A stretch of 64,000 nt of DNA. It comes from Phoronis australis (Eukaryota > Animalia > Phoronida). The notes below the pieces were generated by a model. That model was not told the origin of the DNA. It saw nothing but the letters and a program-made list of their open reading frames with translations, and did no database searches. Positions within the stretch are counted from its first letter, which is position 1. Every line of letters begins with the position of its first letter. The stretch lies in NCBI GenBank assembly GCA_002633005.1, contig NMRA01000167.1, forward strand, positions 674,460 to 738,459, read 5' to 3'. A program made the position numbers and the translations under genes. This document shows, piece after piece, positions 1 to 13,744 of this stretch.

Positions 1-1440
1 GATAACATTGATGCCAAACTATTAAAACTGGCGTCTCAGCAAATAGCTGAGTCCCTCACGAGTATCATGAAGTTAAACGGCAACAATTCCTAGAGAATAG
101 AAGGTGGCGGTTGTTACTCCTGTTTTTAAAGATGGTGAAAATTCCAGTTGCGAGAATTATAGACCAATATCGGTCCTCCCTGCAGTGCCCAAAATTCTTG
201 AAAGGTGTGTCCAAAAGCAGCTTCACCAATTCCTGGAGCAAAATTCCCTTCTCTCGGCAGCACAGCCTGGTTTCCGCTTCTTGCATTCCACTTTGACTAC
301 AAATATTCATGCTAGTGGGTTTACATGTATCTTTAGCAATATGGACAAGGGGAGGCTTACTGGTGCTGTCTTTGTTGACCTTAAGAAAGTGTTTGACATT
401 GTGGACCATGGTATCCTATTACAGAAACTAGAGTCTTTTGGAGTTAATGATAACGAACTCCTTTGGTTTAAAAACTACTTAACTACCGTAAACAGGCCAC
501 CAAATACGGTGGAATCGTTTCCGACTACTCTACCGTAATCACGGGCGTACCTCAGGGTTCCATTCTGGGGCCTCTATTTTTCACTGTTTTGTTAAAGCCC
601 TCCCTACTGTCCTCCACAACAGTGTCCCAGTTTTGTATGCTGATGGCACTGCAGTTATGTCCACAGTTGGAAACTTCTCTCAACAATGAGCTAGCCCTTA
701 TCCATGACTGGCTGATTCAAAATAAACTCACTCTTAACGCTAGTAAAACCAAGTCGATGCTTTTGGGAACTCACCAGAAATTAAAACAACAAAAAAGTCC
801 CTTTCTATCAATAGTTCTTTCATCGAAAATGTTGACGAGTTTAAGTACTTGGGCCTTATTTTAGATCTCAATGTTAAATTTATTATGCACATAGATCACA
901 TCATAAAGAAATTATCAAAGAAATCGGTGTACATAACCGTCTAAGCAAATTTCTTAATATCAATACTCTTAAGACAATTTACCATTCTATTATTCAGCCT
1001 CATATTGGTTATTGTTTACCGGTTTGGGGGCAAACGAGTGACACACTTGTCAGCAAAGTTCAAGTAGTCCAAAATAGAGCCGCCAGGGCTACCCTGGGTA
1101 TGTACTAGAATTCGGGACACCAAGGTAGATGACTTGTATTCCAAACTGGGATTTATGAAAGTGAAACAAAGAAATAAATATCTCTCTGCCTGTTGTATGT
1201 ACAGATGTATCAATGGCTGGGCTCCAGCATATCTCACCCGAAAATTCAATAGCAGTCAAGCTATATATTCTACACGCTCTTCTGTTGTTGGAAATGTGTC
1301 TTAAAAAAAATAAAACCGAGACGCGTAAGAGATCTTTTATCTATGCTCCTGCTACAATATGAAATTCTCTTAGCCCAGAAAACAAAAGGTCCGATTCAAT
1401 TGATATTTTCAAACGTAATATTAAAAAGTGGCTGTAATTT
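1..1440 (+). mobile_element. Decayed CR1/L2-type non-LTR retrotransposon, RT region and 3' end of ORF2
   Basis: ORF 104-538 has RT motifs VVTPVFK, NYRPISVLP, Q-x-GFR, GAVFVDLKKVFDIVDH; GVPQGSILGPL follows at about 543 in another frame; WLIQNKLTLNASKTK at 589-864. Multiple frameshifts and stops. Confidence 0.9.
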
Positions 1441-1615
1441 ACCTAACCTTTTTACCCTACCTGTCTCAATCATGTCATTCTTTCCATTATCGTAAATACT
1501 CTCACTGTCATCTCTTTATTTATTTCATCTCTCTTAGTATATTTTCACCATTTTTCGTCATTAATTTACTGTTTTAATTCTCGACCTGTATGACGTTCAT
1601 TTTAAATGCGCACTT

Positions 1616-2017
1616 GGCCCAGTCTCTAATCTTTGTACTCGAAACGAACTCGAAACTATTTTTGGCAATTTCTTTGCTCCTTTTGTGCGAACTTAAGATA
1701 ATTGGTTATCAGACTGTGCTCGAATACATTATAGTTTATGCATAGGAGTTTCTTGTTCAAGTTTGCCCTTGAAGACCCTTATATTCGTGCTACAAACTCA
1801 AGTAAAAACTCGAAATTTCGAGTTCAAACTCGAACTTATTGCTTTAATATTGGGTTTACAAACTGTGAACTAAGGGCAATAAATTATCTACGTAAGTTAT
1901 TAGTGTACTCGAGCATAGAATAATAGACACTTATCTTGATTTCGCCCAAAAGAAGAGTAGAAAATGCCAAACCTAATTTCGAGTTCCATTTCGAGTAAAA
2001 AGATTGGAGACCGGGCC
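1616..2017. mobile_element. MITE with about 42-bp terminal inverted repeats (GGCCC...GGGCC, PIF/Harbinger-like)
   Basis: GGCCCAGTCTCTAATCTTTGTACTCGAAACGAACTCGAAA at 1616 is the imperfect reverse complement of TTTCGAGTTCCATTTCGAGTAAAAAGATTGGAGACCGGGCC ending 2017; flanks CTT/CTG. Confidence 0.75.
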
Positions 2018-3438
2018 CTGGCCTCTTCAGAAATCATCAAAGCGTAAATATTGACTCAGAACACCCATGAAGGACGTCATAAGGGAGGCGATAGAATCAA
2101 CCAGTTTTCGAAGGAAAGAAATGATATGCAGAGGGCATTTGCTTAAAGAAAGAACATGACGGTCCCTAAATCCTCTGTATTAAAATAGTTATGTTGAATA
2201 CGATATTCGTGTACAGAAACAACGACTTCATGACCATGCATTCAGTTTCCCGCTTAAACCCAAAATCCAGTAAAGAGCGTTTTGTCTTCTTCCATATCGC
2301 CTGTATTCGGTGCAAGTGATTTTCTAGGAAGTCTTGGGGTATCTGTGCGCACACGCTGGTACGCAGACTGGTCATGTGCAGACACCTTGTTCTAAAATGC
2401 TTCATTTTCGTTTTGTGCTATTTTTTTAACTTTTCATGAAATTCATAAAAACGCCTTTGTGATAGCTCCTCATCCTAAAGTGGAAAGCTTCTTATCGGAG
2501 TTTTTGGAGAACATTGCATATATTGTAGTTGACAGTATCGTGTCGATCTAGTCAAGCAATGGTGAGATATGAATTAAGTTCCGAAAATTATTCTAACTTG
2601 GATTACACAACATTAAAGTGGTAAAGAACGTGAACAAATCGACTTGGTGCATTGTTCCATAAGGTTCTTTGCCACTGAAACAGAAGTCAAACTGGTTACT
2701 AGATATTTTTACGGACACATAGATTTCGAATTTCTATTGATTTCAAAGCAATTCTCCTTTAGTTTTTAATTTCAGAACAAAAGATAATCTGTCAACTACT
2801 CGTCACGTTGCCAATTTTTCCATGACAAGAAACGTCTCATTATTTGGAAAGGGTGACGTTTGACCTTTTACGTAAACATAACAAGTTCGACAGCAAGCCT
2901 TGCTGGTTCCCTGCGTGTAATGAGATATCACATGCAGGTTTCATTCAGTGGCACGTGCTTTATGGATTGAACATAAAAACTTCTTAAAATATGTCATTGA
3001 ATTTTTACGCAAAAATGTATCATTTTCATTACACCATATTTTATATGTCAATTGTCATTTTGTGTTTGATTTTACTTTATTTCTGTTTTTGTTGACAAAG
3101 GAAGTTATTACATCCGAAAATTTCAGTTGATCCATTCTTGTTGTTTTATTTACCGATTTATTTTGTACGAAGCAAACGTGAAAGTGCGCATGTTGCAAAC
3201 ATGCAGAACCATTGTAGTGTGAACACAACACTGTCTGATCACGGTAAAAGCCGTTCAGAAGGACGAGCGGTGAAAAGTCACGCATATTTTCAGAAATGCG
3301 TGACTTTCGGGTAAGCGTATTATTCACGGCATGTTACGTTAATAGTGACACCAGGGAGAAATCTCTTCCTGGTGCCACGGAAATTAAAAAAAACATCGTA
3401 TTGAGCGGTCGATGTTGATGAAAGGAGCGAAACTTTAG

Positions 3439-3596
3439 CAATGCTGTAGTGGGGCGTAGCCGCACATAGGAGCAGCCAACCACCACTTTTGGTATTTGAA
3501 AGTAGCGCCTACACACCGTAAGTTACGTTCAGTGCTCATGGTGATACGGTGGGCTTTGGACGTCTACTTTCCTCTAATTTTACCACTACGGCACTA
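3439..3596. mobile_element. Small hAT-like MITE upstream of gene copy A
   Basis: Termini CAATGCTGTAGTGG / CCACTACGGCACTA; imperfect 8-bp TSD AACTTTAG/AAATTTAC; segment absent from the paralogous upstream region of copy B (about 15890-15930). Confidence 0.55.
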
Positions 3597-3719
3597 AAAT
3601 TTACCAAGAAAACAAAAATATTTTGTGTGAAAACACAATCGCGTTGATCAACAATCGCAGATCGTGCGCGTTTTTTTTGAGATTCAAAAGAAATCACTTC
3701 ATCGCCAAATTTAAGGTTG

Positions 3720-4309
3720 ATGGCAAATGTTAAAGGCTTTGTGCTAGTATCATTAACACTATTCTTATTCGTAATCCAATGTGAAGCTCAGCTAGAAAAT
3801 CACAGTTTTTGCCAGGATCCATCCACGAATCTTATAGTCTTCCAAGGAACAAAGTCTCTTGTCTGCAACGAGACATATGCATCAACAGTGTTTCTACCTG
3901 CACTAAGTCTAAAGGTTTGGTGGAGAAATGCAGATCCTAGCAAGAAATACACATTCATCTTAATAAGTCCGAAAAGCCGGACGTACACATGGTTGGCCTT
4001 TCTTGCTGCTGGTATTCCAGAAACAGTCTTACAAAACCCACAAGGTGACGGCGACGTTTATGCGCAAGCAAGTGGAACTAAATCTGCTGGCATTTATCCA
4101 ATCCAGCCTAGGACGCGTCTCCAAGTGGACAGAAATACCAATGCCTCCTTTTCCTTGAGTCAGACGGTCAGACAGTCACTGATACAAGTGGAGGATATTC
4201 ATCTCACATCGACTTAAACGCGTTTCTCACCACAAACAACTTTGCCGTACAAGGAAGCGTCGTGGCCAGCTTCCAGTTTATCGTATACATGGTATGCTTG
4301 ATGCCGCAG
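3720..4309 (+). pseudogene. Copy A exon 1: signal peptide + divergent PEBP-like domain + first Cys of CCP module; frameshifted
   Basis: ATG 3720, hydrophobic leader MANVKGFVLVSLTLFLFVIQCEA; collinear with 16033-16623; an extra CG at about 4116 shifts the frame (stop at 4217) while the homologous KYQCLLFLE...VASFQFIVYMVCLMPQ continues in another frame to donor CAG|GTTGGT at 4309/4310. Confidence 0.8.
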
Positions 4310-4479
4310 GTTGGTAATTTTTTATACATTTATTACATAAACAGAACATTGAAGATCAGATTACAGCACACAGAAAGAGACACACGTGCACGTGTACCCC
4401 TCAGCCAGTCGGGTTGTTGTGTTAAGACAAACGTCATAATAGATCTAGGATCCAAAGCTCTATGAAGACGTATTCTTGG

Positions 4480-4690
4480 TACAAAGTTGGATACTAAATG
4501 TACAGCTTTGCACTGATGTGGCGTAAAGGCCAGATGAAATCTGACACGAAATTAGTGTCATTAAACATTACACTCTTCCTTGAGTGAACTAAATTTTTTA
4601 CCAATGTTGGAAAAATAGGCGTTCTATTCAACTGCAAAAATTGCGTAGCGATCTTGTGCGTCGGCTTTCGGTGCCATGATATATTGTGCC
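4480..4690. repeat. Dispersed repeat, second copy inverted at about 47340-47560
   Basis: AAATTAGTGTCATTAAACATTACACTCTTCCTTGAGTGAACT...GCGATCTTGTGCGTCGGCTTTCGGT matches the reverse complement of 47355-47485 by eye. Confidence 0.6.
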
Positions 4691-6449
4691 AGCTTAATTG
4701 TGGCTAGTTTCTTTTTTCTCCTATTCTTCAATCAACTGTTGATATTTCATGAGAAGTCTTTTAAAATCCTGTGAAGGGGATCAAAAGGTGTGTAAAAAGA
4801 CGTGGTAAGAATTTTAGGCAACACTCTAGAACTATTATCTTTGGAACAGCTGAGAATGCTATTTCATCGTCTACATGTATGCTTAAAAACCAAATTATTC
4901 GCAAACCGATGCTTGAATGACAAAATTTACAATTTTAATTTAATTGTAAAGTGTCTCATATCATATGGACTTCGTTTACTCCTCTTCCGTGTTTCACTGA
5001 CTTACACCCGTAAGTCCAAGAATTGCAAATGTGAGCTTAATTTCATTAAAATTTATTCAAAGTCAATATGAAAAAACGCCATTGATGAACACAGTCTAAA
5101 TCTGAAACTTGTATTTTCACAGTCAGTGAACATTTAAAAGGATTCTGGACTTAGGTGATATTTTCTGAGTGCATATTGAGAATATTGCCAACTGTTTCAT
5201 GTCATTTCATAGTTCATGTACATTGCATCTGTTCCTGAATTTTGTGACTGTTGTCTCACAGTTTGGCCAATTTTGCAGTTGCACTAATCACAAACTGATT
5301 TTTGTTATTGCGTAGAAGGCCGCCATGCTGTTCTTTCACGCTAATCTACGAACAACTTAATGTGCTGACCTTTTGCACTGAGCTATTCTGATACTCCACT
5401 AAATCACATGGCTTTGTGTTGTTTCAGTTGCAGTCTAATAGGGCCGTCCCGGATAACCAGATAACACGGCGATAGAACTCTCCGTCGTCCCGGAGATAAG
5501 AAAGCGCTTGATCTCCGCGTTTTGGAAATCAGGCACATTTTCGTGCCTCTCATTGACATTGGGAAGGCAAAGAATTTCAGATCACACAACCACGGATATT
5601 GTCTTGGTCGTTAGTAATACAAGAGTAATACATCCTTGGCATTGATCTTCGTCGAGGTCGTTGTTGGAAAACGGGAGTGACTTTGTATTTCACAGAGTGA
5701 CTCTACCAGGACCATCAACTTTCTCAACATACTAGTCAAACTAACATACCTCAATTAGCACAGCTATTTTGTACCATTTCACAGGCTGAAGTCTAATTTG
5801 ATTTTGGATCCCCACATGGTCGCCGAAACCGGAGGACGGGAGCCTCTTAGTAGCCGTGTCTGGCTGCAGGGATAAGTTGAAAGAAGCCGTTTGTATAACA
5901 CACTTTATTCGTCAAACGATAGAGTTCAAAGCGATGAAAAGTGTCCGAACAAGCGTTCGTATGAGATACCAAAGAAGCGTTGAAAAGTGAACACGAAAAG
6001 GCACTGAAGAAGTGGAAACCGAACAAGCGGCTATATAAAGAAAAACACACAGTCTGATTACTCGGCAAGCAAGCGTAATTAATTAACAAGCACTACATGT
6101 ATATCTCAGAGCGTTAGAAAGACTCGCGACAATGACTGTATTACAGGCCTAACAAATACTACCTCGCTCTACAATACACAATTAACTGGAACCTGATCTA
6201 TTCTACAACTGGGAACCATTACCATATGCAAACAACAGCCTAACTGCGACTTGTAACTATTTATCCTATGAACCGTTGCCGGGTACCGCGCAACATAGCC
6301 TATACGCCAAACAAGCAGCTGATTAAAACTATACGTTAAACAACAAGCATGTACGCTCTAAACTTAGCTAGTAGATACACCCGAGTACAACATGCCATGC
6401 CATAATACCCAGTACTAACAACAGTCTGGTAAAAGTCTGTGCTTTATCT

Positions 6450-9400
6450 AAAAATTCCAGCATCAGCTGATGAAAACACATGATTCGCGTTACAGTTCTT
6501 GTCAACGTATGCCTTTAAACTCGTGAAACGCTAGTCATCAAACACGCGTGTAACATACATGTACAGAGGCTAATACGTAATAATAGCCGGCCGGTCAAGC
6601 TATTTTTCGACTATGCAAATGCTATTGTAACCACTGGAAAGAACCGGCTTACTAAAAGAAACCAAATCACAGCGGTGAAAGACGTACGTCTGCCTACAAA
6701 GAAAATAAACAGGGTGACAAGTAAATGAAATACAAGAACCAATGACAGTATTGATGCACGGCATCAACACTCTTCGTGTGATCTGCACTCAGCGTACTTC
6801 GTGCTCAGGTTTTCCTCTCTGGCGGCTAACGTTTTGCGATATTCGTCAAGTGCCATATACTCCCAAGGTTTTATGCGGAAGAAGTCCCGGATGAGGTGTC
6901 CAAAGACACATATTGAAGGCGATCGCTTTGTATCCCTGCCTGGGTAGTTCCGGTATTGCAGATTGACACGTTGGAAACATCAGTGTCTAGGTCACCATGT
7001 GGAGGTGGTGTCTGATATTCATTTCATGTCTTATTTTGAGCTCAGTCCGACAGTTTCTATGAAGGAAGGATACTGACGATAGTCGGGGATGTTTGCCCCC
7101 AACTGCCTTGAGAAATCGTCTGGTCTGATGTGAAGTAAATTCAAATTGGTCCATCGTCTGAGGAAAACTCATCATGTATCCTGAAAGTGACGAATGTGCG
7201 TCAAAGTCGGGCGATGAGACCTGATGTGTCATCTGTTGGTCTCTCGGCAATGGGCCATGTCGAGAATCTGTCTACAACTACCACACACACATTGATAGGG
7301 GTATTCTGGGGATGCAGGGGGTATGTATGGATAGAGATGATGGCTGCGATGATGCCATCCTATTTCAAGGGTTGCACCCTTCGGTGGTGTTCGCTAAGGC
7401 GTGGGTTATGCCAGACCAAAAGACAGAAATCACGGTACAAGACGTACATGGAGATGACACATTGATGTGCAGCACGTAGGGCAGCAAAGACGCTACATCA
7501 TTAGGTAAGTCAAACTGCTCGGATGCCCCACTGGGATGTCGACAAATACCATCGGCAGCATGGTGTTTGATGCCAGGCAAGTGGATTACACGACAGAGAA
7601 CTTTTCTTTAATCTTGTGTAATCTGGAGTTGAGTGTGTCCTCTAGTGACTGGTGGCTAAATACCATCATAAGGGTTTTAAGGTCAACATACATTATGAGC
7701 TGATTACATCCTAAGACGAAGTGTCTTGCTTTGTCATGCAAGTCCGCCACGTCAAGAGCCTTAACTTTACAGGAGAGTGACGGGACTTAGCAGAAAGTGT
7801 AAACCAATCAGTTCACCTTTCTAGCCGGTGTCGCACCAACATGGGGCGTTTCCTTGACTCTTGCAGTGCATCTGGAGTAACCAAAATCCATTGCCACTTC
7901 TTGACCAGTCAGTCGAAAGATATTTACGTAGGCTCTTGACAGATGCACACCTTCTTCGACACCACGAACTACTGTATCCCAAGCTTAGGTTCTCCAAACA
8001 AGGTATTGAGCTGGTCATCGTATCTAAGCTTTGTGCCTAGCTGGCTTGAGAAACTTCCTAAATGCTCAGTAACATCTTTTCAGTCATGCTGAAGGCGTAA
8101 GAAACCAAACCAAGAACGTACGTGTATGCAATTCAAGCTGGTGGGAGCAGGCAAAGTCCATGATTGCCTTGAGGATATCTGGAACGAACTGGAACGAACT
8201 CAATCAGAGGTGATTTCAAATCCGGCAAACGCGTTTTCGTCCTTGGCAAACACGATTTTTTCTGGGTTAAGGACCATCACATGGGGCATACAGATGTCAA
8301 TCTGTTGGTCTGCTTGGAAGAAACAAATTTGGTGTGATTGGGTATGTGGGACACTATCTCATCATAGTGTCTAGTGTAGCCATCTCTAGATGCTATAAAG
8401 CCTTGGGGTGCGGTCGTGCAGCGGTAACTTCACCAAGGTGCAAATGTACATGTAGTGAAGAAACGGTCTTCCTCTTTGATAGGTATGCTGTGATAGCCAC
8501 TCCAGGCATGGAAAACTATTTTTGTCTTGTCATGAGGGACTGACTTTGTCTGGTAAAATGGAGAGAGTGACGTGCTTCCTGTGTTGTGCATGAATGGTTC
8601 TTGGGGTTGAAATCCAACTGCTCGTCGCGGGAGTCCGGACTTTTTCACCATCTTGTGACACCAGGAACTAGGTTCATCAATTGGCACTGGCTCAACGATG
8701 CCAAGCCTGACATCTTGGTCCAGTGCGGCCTTTAAATCATCCTGCCAATGAAGTGGCGGCCGATATGGGGATATGGAGTGCAAAATGCTCTTCGTTTGGA
8801 TCCATCATCAGTCCCAGCGGTGGTGCTTCCATGAGCGGTAGGGGTTCATGGTGAAATGCACCTGAGCGATAATAGTCCAGCAAATACACCTGAAGCCGTT
8901 GGCTGAGAATGGAGGGGTGGTTGACAAGGGTGGTGGCCGCTGCAAAGTGATGTAAGTTTACTCTGGTTAGGAGTTTCTCGTACAGTGTCAATGTCAGAAC
9001 TGTTTAACACTGCATGCCACTGCGAGCTGTTGCTGGTTCATCTCTTCCATTGCAAGAAAGGTGGCGGATATCAGCCTAAGAGCGACACCTGCCACCCTAC
9101 AGATGAAAAGTTTGTCGGGGGAGTCTGTCACATAGATCAGATGTCGAGTTGTCATAGACTTACCACTGGCGTCTTCCTCGACATGCGTGGTAGAGTGGCA
9201 CTAATTGTTGTGATGGTCAGATTTATAGCACTATGAATCTCCATCATGACAGGAATGATATCAAATTGACGTAAGCCAAGGCGTTGGATCACTTTTATTC
9301 CGGTAAGGTAACATTGGCACCCCGTATCGGCTAAGACAGGAACCATTGCGGTTCGCTGCAACAGACTGTTGAGCTGGAAGCCAAGAGTCGTGTAATTGGC

Positions 9401-10500
9401 GGAAAGTGTGTACTTCAAGGTGGAGATGAACAAGGGACTGTGGCAAAAAGCGTTTCTTAACCCAGGTGTCTGAAAATCTGTTGTACAAGTCATGGGCATT
9501 GGGGTTTAGAAGTCGTGCGCTCAGTGAATGAAACCGTGCACAGACTGTTGAAAACAGCTATTTCAATATCCGGCTTGTATTCACCAGTGCCAGTGGTCCG
9601 CTTGTTTTTTTTTCCGTTTGCAGCAGCCGACATATACGAGATGATTTTCATTCCTGACAGTGCTGACGTCGTTGACCGTATGCTGGGCACACCCTCCTTC
9701 GGATCCTGGTCGGGAATTCTTACCATGTCCCTTTATGTCCGCGGCATGTATTTGGACCCAAGTTGTCTACGGAAGTCAATTTTCCTAGACCCATATTGTC
9801 TAGGGTGTTAGTTTTATTTTCTTGTCGGTGATGCTGATGGTCCCGCTGTCCAGGAGCTACGTGGAAGATCGCTTATTGGTTTGTTTTGCATCCTCTATGA
9901 TCATGCCTTGGTTCTTATAGAGATGGAGTTCCGTTTCTGTGATTCCATGTGTCAGGACATTGCGGAGCAAAATTTCTGTGTAGTTGCAGAATGGGTATAA
10001 CACTGAGAAATCGCATATTCCTGCCAGACCCCGTAAGAGGGCACTGAAACTACATGTACGCACCATCTCGTCGCGATCTTGTTTCGTATTACGCAGGGTG
10101 ACACCGGTAACCATTGTACGTGTATTTTTCTTCCCAGACATCGAGTTTTCTAAAGGCAGCTAGTACGTCTTCTGTTGTCTTACCTGTGAGACTGCCGCCT
10201 GCATAGCAAGTTAGGTCTTTGCATAGTAACTCAGAGAAGTAGTCTTATGGTTCAGTGTACAACTCGTTCACAGTCAGTTTATCTTAGTGGCATTTACATA
10301 ATCAGTCCATCGTAAGGTGAAAGTTCCCCTTCTTCAGTTGTGCTAGCAACATCGATGGTGGGTCGCTTCGTTTTCTAGATTTAGCTGCGTCACCTGACAT
10401 GTGTGCAACACTATGGGCGGTGATCAGTTCGGCGGCGATTGAGGCGACAACCAGGCATGGGGCAGGCGACTGAGGGCATTTTGATCTTGATGTGATTTTG
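6450..10500 (-). mobile_element. Decayed Ty3/Gypsy LTR retrotransposon internal region (gag, protease, RT, RNase H, integrase) in the intron of copy A
   Basis: Gag-like KQDRDE..SFSALLRGLAGIC (9857-10141), protease VLADTGCQ (about 9330), RT PLHWQDDLKAALDQDVRLGIVEPVP..WCH and AWSGYHSIPI (8430-8783), RNase H LSTDWSRSG (7821-8018); heavily frameshifted; LTRs not identified, boundaries approximate. Confidence 0.85.
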
Positions 10501-11477
10501 GTCACTTAAATGACCCAAATCAAGACCCAGGAAAGTTTTGGTGATGATTTGGGTTAGTCAGCTCTGGAGATGGTCGACTCACAACTTGGCTGACTGAGTG
10601 AGCGTTGCAATAGACGTATGCGTACATGTACAATTCAACAATGACAGCGATCTTTTGAAAAGAATAAGAGAATGTCTTAGCTAAAACCCTCTAAATTTCC
10701 ATTACTTTATTAAACATTAAAAATATACTGTTTCGCTAAAACCAAAAACGAATTCATGAAATTCAAAATTTCGTAATGGTATGTCTCCGCAAGTAAGTTT
10801 AAAAAGATAGTGTTTTACGACCGACAAACTAGCAAGTAGTTCTGGAAAATGCTTTAATCCAGCATTCAAAATCGTTCAGCCGAGTAACATATGACATATT
10901 GCCCATAATTACACATATGACAGTGACATTTTCACGAAGTACCTTACAAAAATTGCATTGAACTATTTCTCTTCAATTTATTTTTCGGAGAAAAGTATAC
11001 TTTAAGCTATTTCTTTTGTCAAATAATCGACATTTTGTGTCCTTTGTCATAATATAGCGTAATACACACGCAGACTTCCAATTAAACGCTTGGGTCTGAT
11101 TGCAATCGGCAAATTACTTCAGTTCAGCTGTTGTCAATCACAGGCGCTCAAATTTTCCGATGACTCATAACCACATATAAGAAACATAAAGGTTGGGCAC
11201 TTAAACTTTGCCAAGCCGAGGCTCCCAACTTCAACCGTCCAAAATCCAAATAAAATCTGCGTGCACCTCCCTCAGTCTCGTGTTGAATAAACACAAAAAC
11301 TTCGCATATCAATACAGTATCAGGATAATTTATATTTGACACAAATATGTGAGTAATTACATTTATTTGGCAATAAAGTGCTCTCTGCTTCTCATGATCT
11401 TTCGGACTTAGCTCGGGAGCGTCCGTCAAAAACCCGGATATGCGAAGACCGTCTGCCATGACATCACGGAATCACTT

Positions 11478-12056
11478 CCTTGAATTTGTGATTTTGTCAT
11501 TCTTTTGACATTTTTGTCGCCAAATCACCACTCGAAGGCAATTTGAAGAGATCAAATGAAAGAAAGTATTCTAAGAGTTGTTCGATGCTAGTTTCGTGGA
11601 GTTCCATGCACATTTGAGTAGAAAATTCTGAGCAAACAGATTTCGAGTGTCCAACCTTTATTTTTCTTATTATGTGCTATTGAGTGACGTCATTTGCGAT
11701 CCAGGAACAGATAAACCCAAGCGCCTGTGCTACAAAGCTGCACCAAGGCTAAGCTGTTTTTTGACGACAGTCTTCATACAGCTGGCTGGATGGCTACACG
11801 GAATAAGGTCCTTGAATTTGTGATTTTGACATTCTTTTGGCATTTTTGTAGTCAAATCACCACTCGGAGGCAATTTGAAAAGATCAAATGAAAGAAGGTA
11901 TTCTAAGATTTGTTCGATGGTAGTTTCGTGGAGTTCCATGCACATTTGAGCAGAAAATTCTGAGCAAACAGATTTTGAGTGTCCAACCTTTATGTTTTCT
12001 TAGTATTGAGTGACATCATTTGCGATCGAGGAACACATAAACTCAAGCGCCTGTGT
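11478..12056 (+). repeat. Direct duplication of about 250 bp (11478-11729 and 11810-12056) ending just before the exon 2 acceptor
   Basis: CCTTGAATTTGTGATTTTG...CAAGCGCCTGTG occurs twice with scattered substitutions. Confidence 0.9.
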
Positions 12057-12081
12057 TGTCAATTGAGCAATGTCGTTACAG

Positions 12082-12483
12082 GTCGAGCATATGACAAGCA
12101 ACGAAACGGGGAAAATAAAGATAGGCACGAATGTCATGTTCACATGTGAAGACGGGTATACAATGAAAAGCGGTAAAAAAACATTGACAACAAGATGCAA
12201 ACAAACAGGAGATTTGAACCCCACTGTCCCTACAGCGTGTGTTGCACTAGCTGCGACAGTGGACACTACATCCGAAACGTCTCCTGCGACAAGCAAACAT
12301 TCGACTGCTCCATCGTTACTGTTGTCATCGAAAAGAACACCAAAGGCAAGATCCAGCACTAAATGTATGGATTCCACGATTGCGGCAACGACTGTCGGCA
12401 AAACTTCGGGAATGTCTTTGCAGTCCTACGAACTTTTTTCGTTGCTCATAACCATTGTGATCTGTACATTGTTCACGTTTTAG
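12082..12483 (+). CDS. Copy A exon 2: rest of Sushi/CCP module, shortened Ser/Thr stalk, hydrophobic C-terminus
   Basis: Acceptor TTACAG|GTC; open frame VEHMTS...GTNVMFTCEDGYTM...RCKQTGDLNPTVPTAC (CCP pattern), Thr/Ser-rich tail, ELFSLLITIVICTLFTF-stop; paralogous to 36529-37260. Translation depends on the upstream frameshift. Confidence 0.75.
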   Translation, partial: VEHMTSNETGKIKIGTNVMFTCEDGYTMKSGKKTLTTRCKQTGDLNPTVPTACVALAATVDTTSETSPATSKHSTAPSLLLSSKRTPKARSSTKCMDSTIAATTVGKTSGMSLQSYELFSLLITIVICTLFTF

Positions 12484-12636
12484 TTGAAGCAACACCAAAA
12501 CACGAGTGCAGAGAATTCAGAGATGAGGTCGTGAGCATTAACAATAGCGCATTTTTAATTGCAGTATTTGGACGCAACTATAAAATAAATAAACAAAACG
12601 TGCCGAGAGTGGTGTGCATGAAGTAATATCCTACGA

Positions 12637-12695
12637 GACATTATTCAGCGTATCGACAGAGACCGAAGGTCGAGGTCGATACGCGGAATAATGTC
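12637..12695. repeat. Hairpin with 21-bp arms inside an insertion in the copy A 3' region (non-autonomous transposon-like)
   Basis: GACATTATTCAGCGTATCGAC ... GTCGATACGCGGAATAATGTC; the surrounding 12590-13090 is absent from the copy B 3' region. Confidence 0.6.
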
Positions 12696-13744
12696 GAGTG
12701 CACTTGTAATATCTCCTGAAAATAGTTAAATTACAACAATATTTGGTATTGTAGTTAGCGAGGAATCGTCGCCTGAGCTGCAGACGAAGAAATATTTAGC
12801 AAATGATAACTGAGACAGATTATCAGTCCTCTTCCAGATGTTACGACTGAGACCTTATAGTATGTTGAGCGGTATTTACACTGCTATAATTGTATTACTA
12901 TTTTACGAAATTTGGTTATCGAACCAGCTAACTACGTCGAGTCGACATTGACCTACCTTTTGAACTTCGCATGTCGGAGGTCACTGTTGAAGTACATGTA
13001 GTGCGGGAGGTGAATACGGAAAACATTATTACAAAGCCGTATGTCCCTCCACAGATTCAACGCGTATGGGATAAAAATTTTTACTTACAATAACTGGAAA
13101 ATGCAGAAAACAGCGCTTCACAATAAATTGATGTCATCAGTGTCTGAATGGAGTGGGGTTTGGACACAGAATCTAACCGGTTACTTACGAAATTTGCTCG
13201 TATCCCTCGAACCTCGGCTCCGTAGGTCGGCTGATGATATGTGAAAGTAAGTATTTGTGTTCGTAATAGTATTAGGGGCTTGAAAGAGACCTGGAACAAG
13301 AAATATAATCTAAGTTGCAACATAGACTATAGTACAATAATCTATGGTTGCAATATTTAAAGTGATTCTCTCGCGTTTCATGAGTGTCTTTAACTGAAGT
13401 AGTTCGTAGACTTGTTTTGTCTTTTACATGTACCAAGGGACAACAAACCATGTATATTTACCATTGAGCGGACTTTGTCTGGGTAAAAACGTTTCCGACA
13501 CTGCAATATATCCAAATTGTTCCAATATAACTATCTTTATATGCGCTCCAAGCCCGTAGCATAATATAGGTAGTTCATGCAAAAAGGATTGTGTGAAATT
13601 GTGCACGTGCTGCAATTGGCAGGATTCTTATTTTATGACAGTCCAGTCGATATCTCTCGAAAAATTGTGATTTTAATAGGACCTATACCTTCACATAGGT
13701 ATACATCTTAAAACTCGTGTAAAGTCTGTTGTTTGTCATTACGT

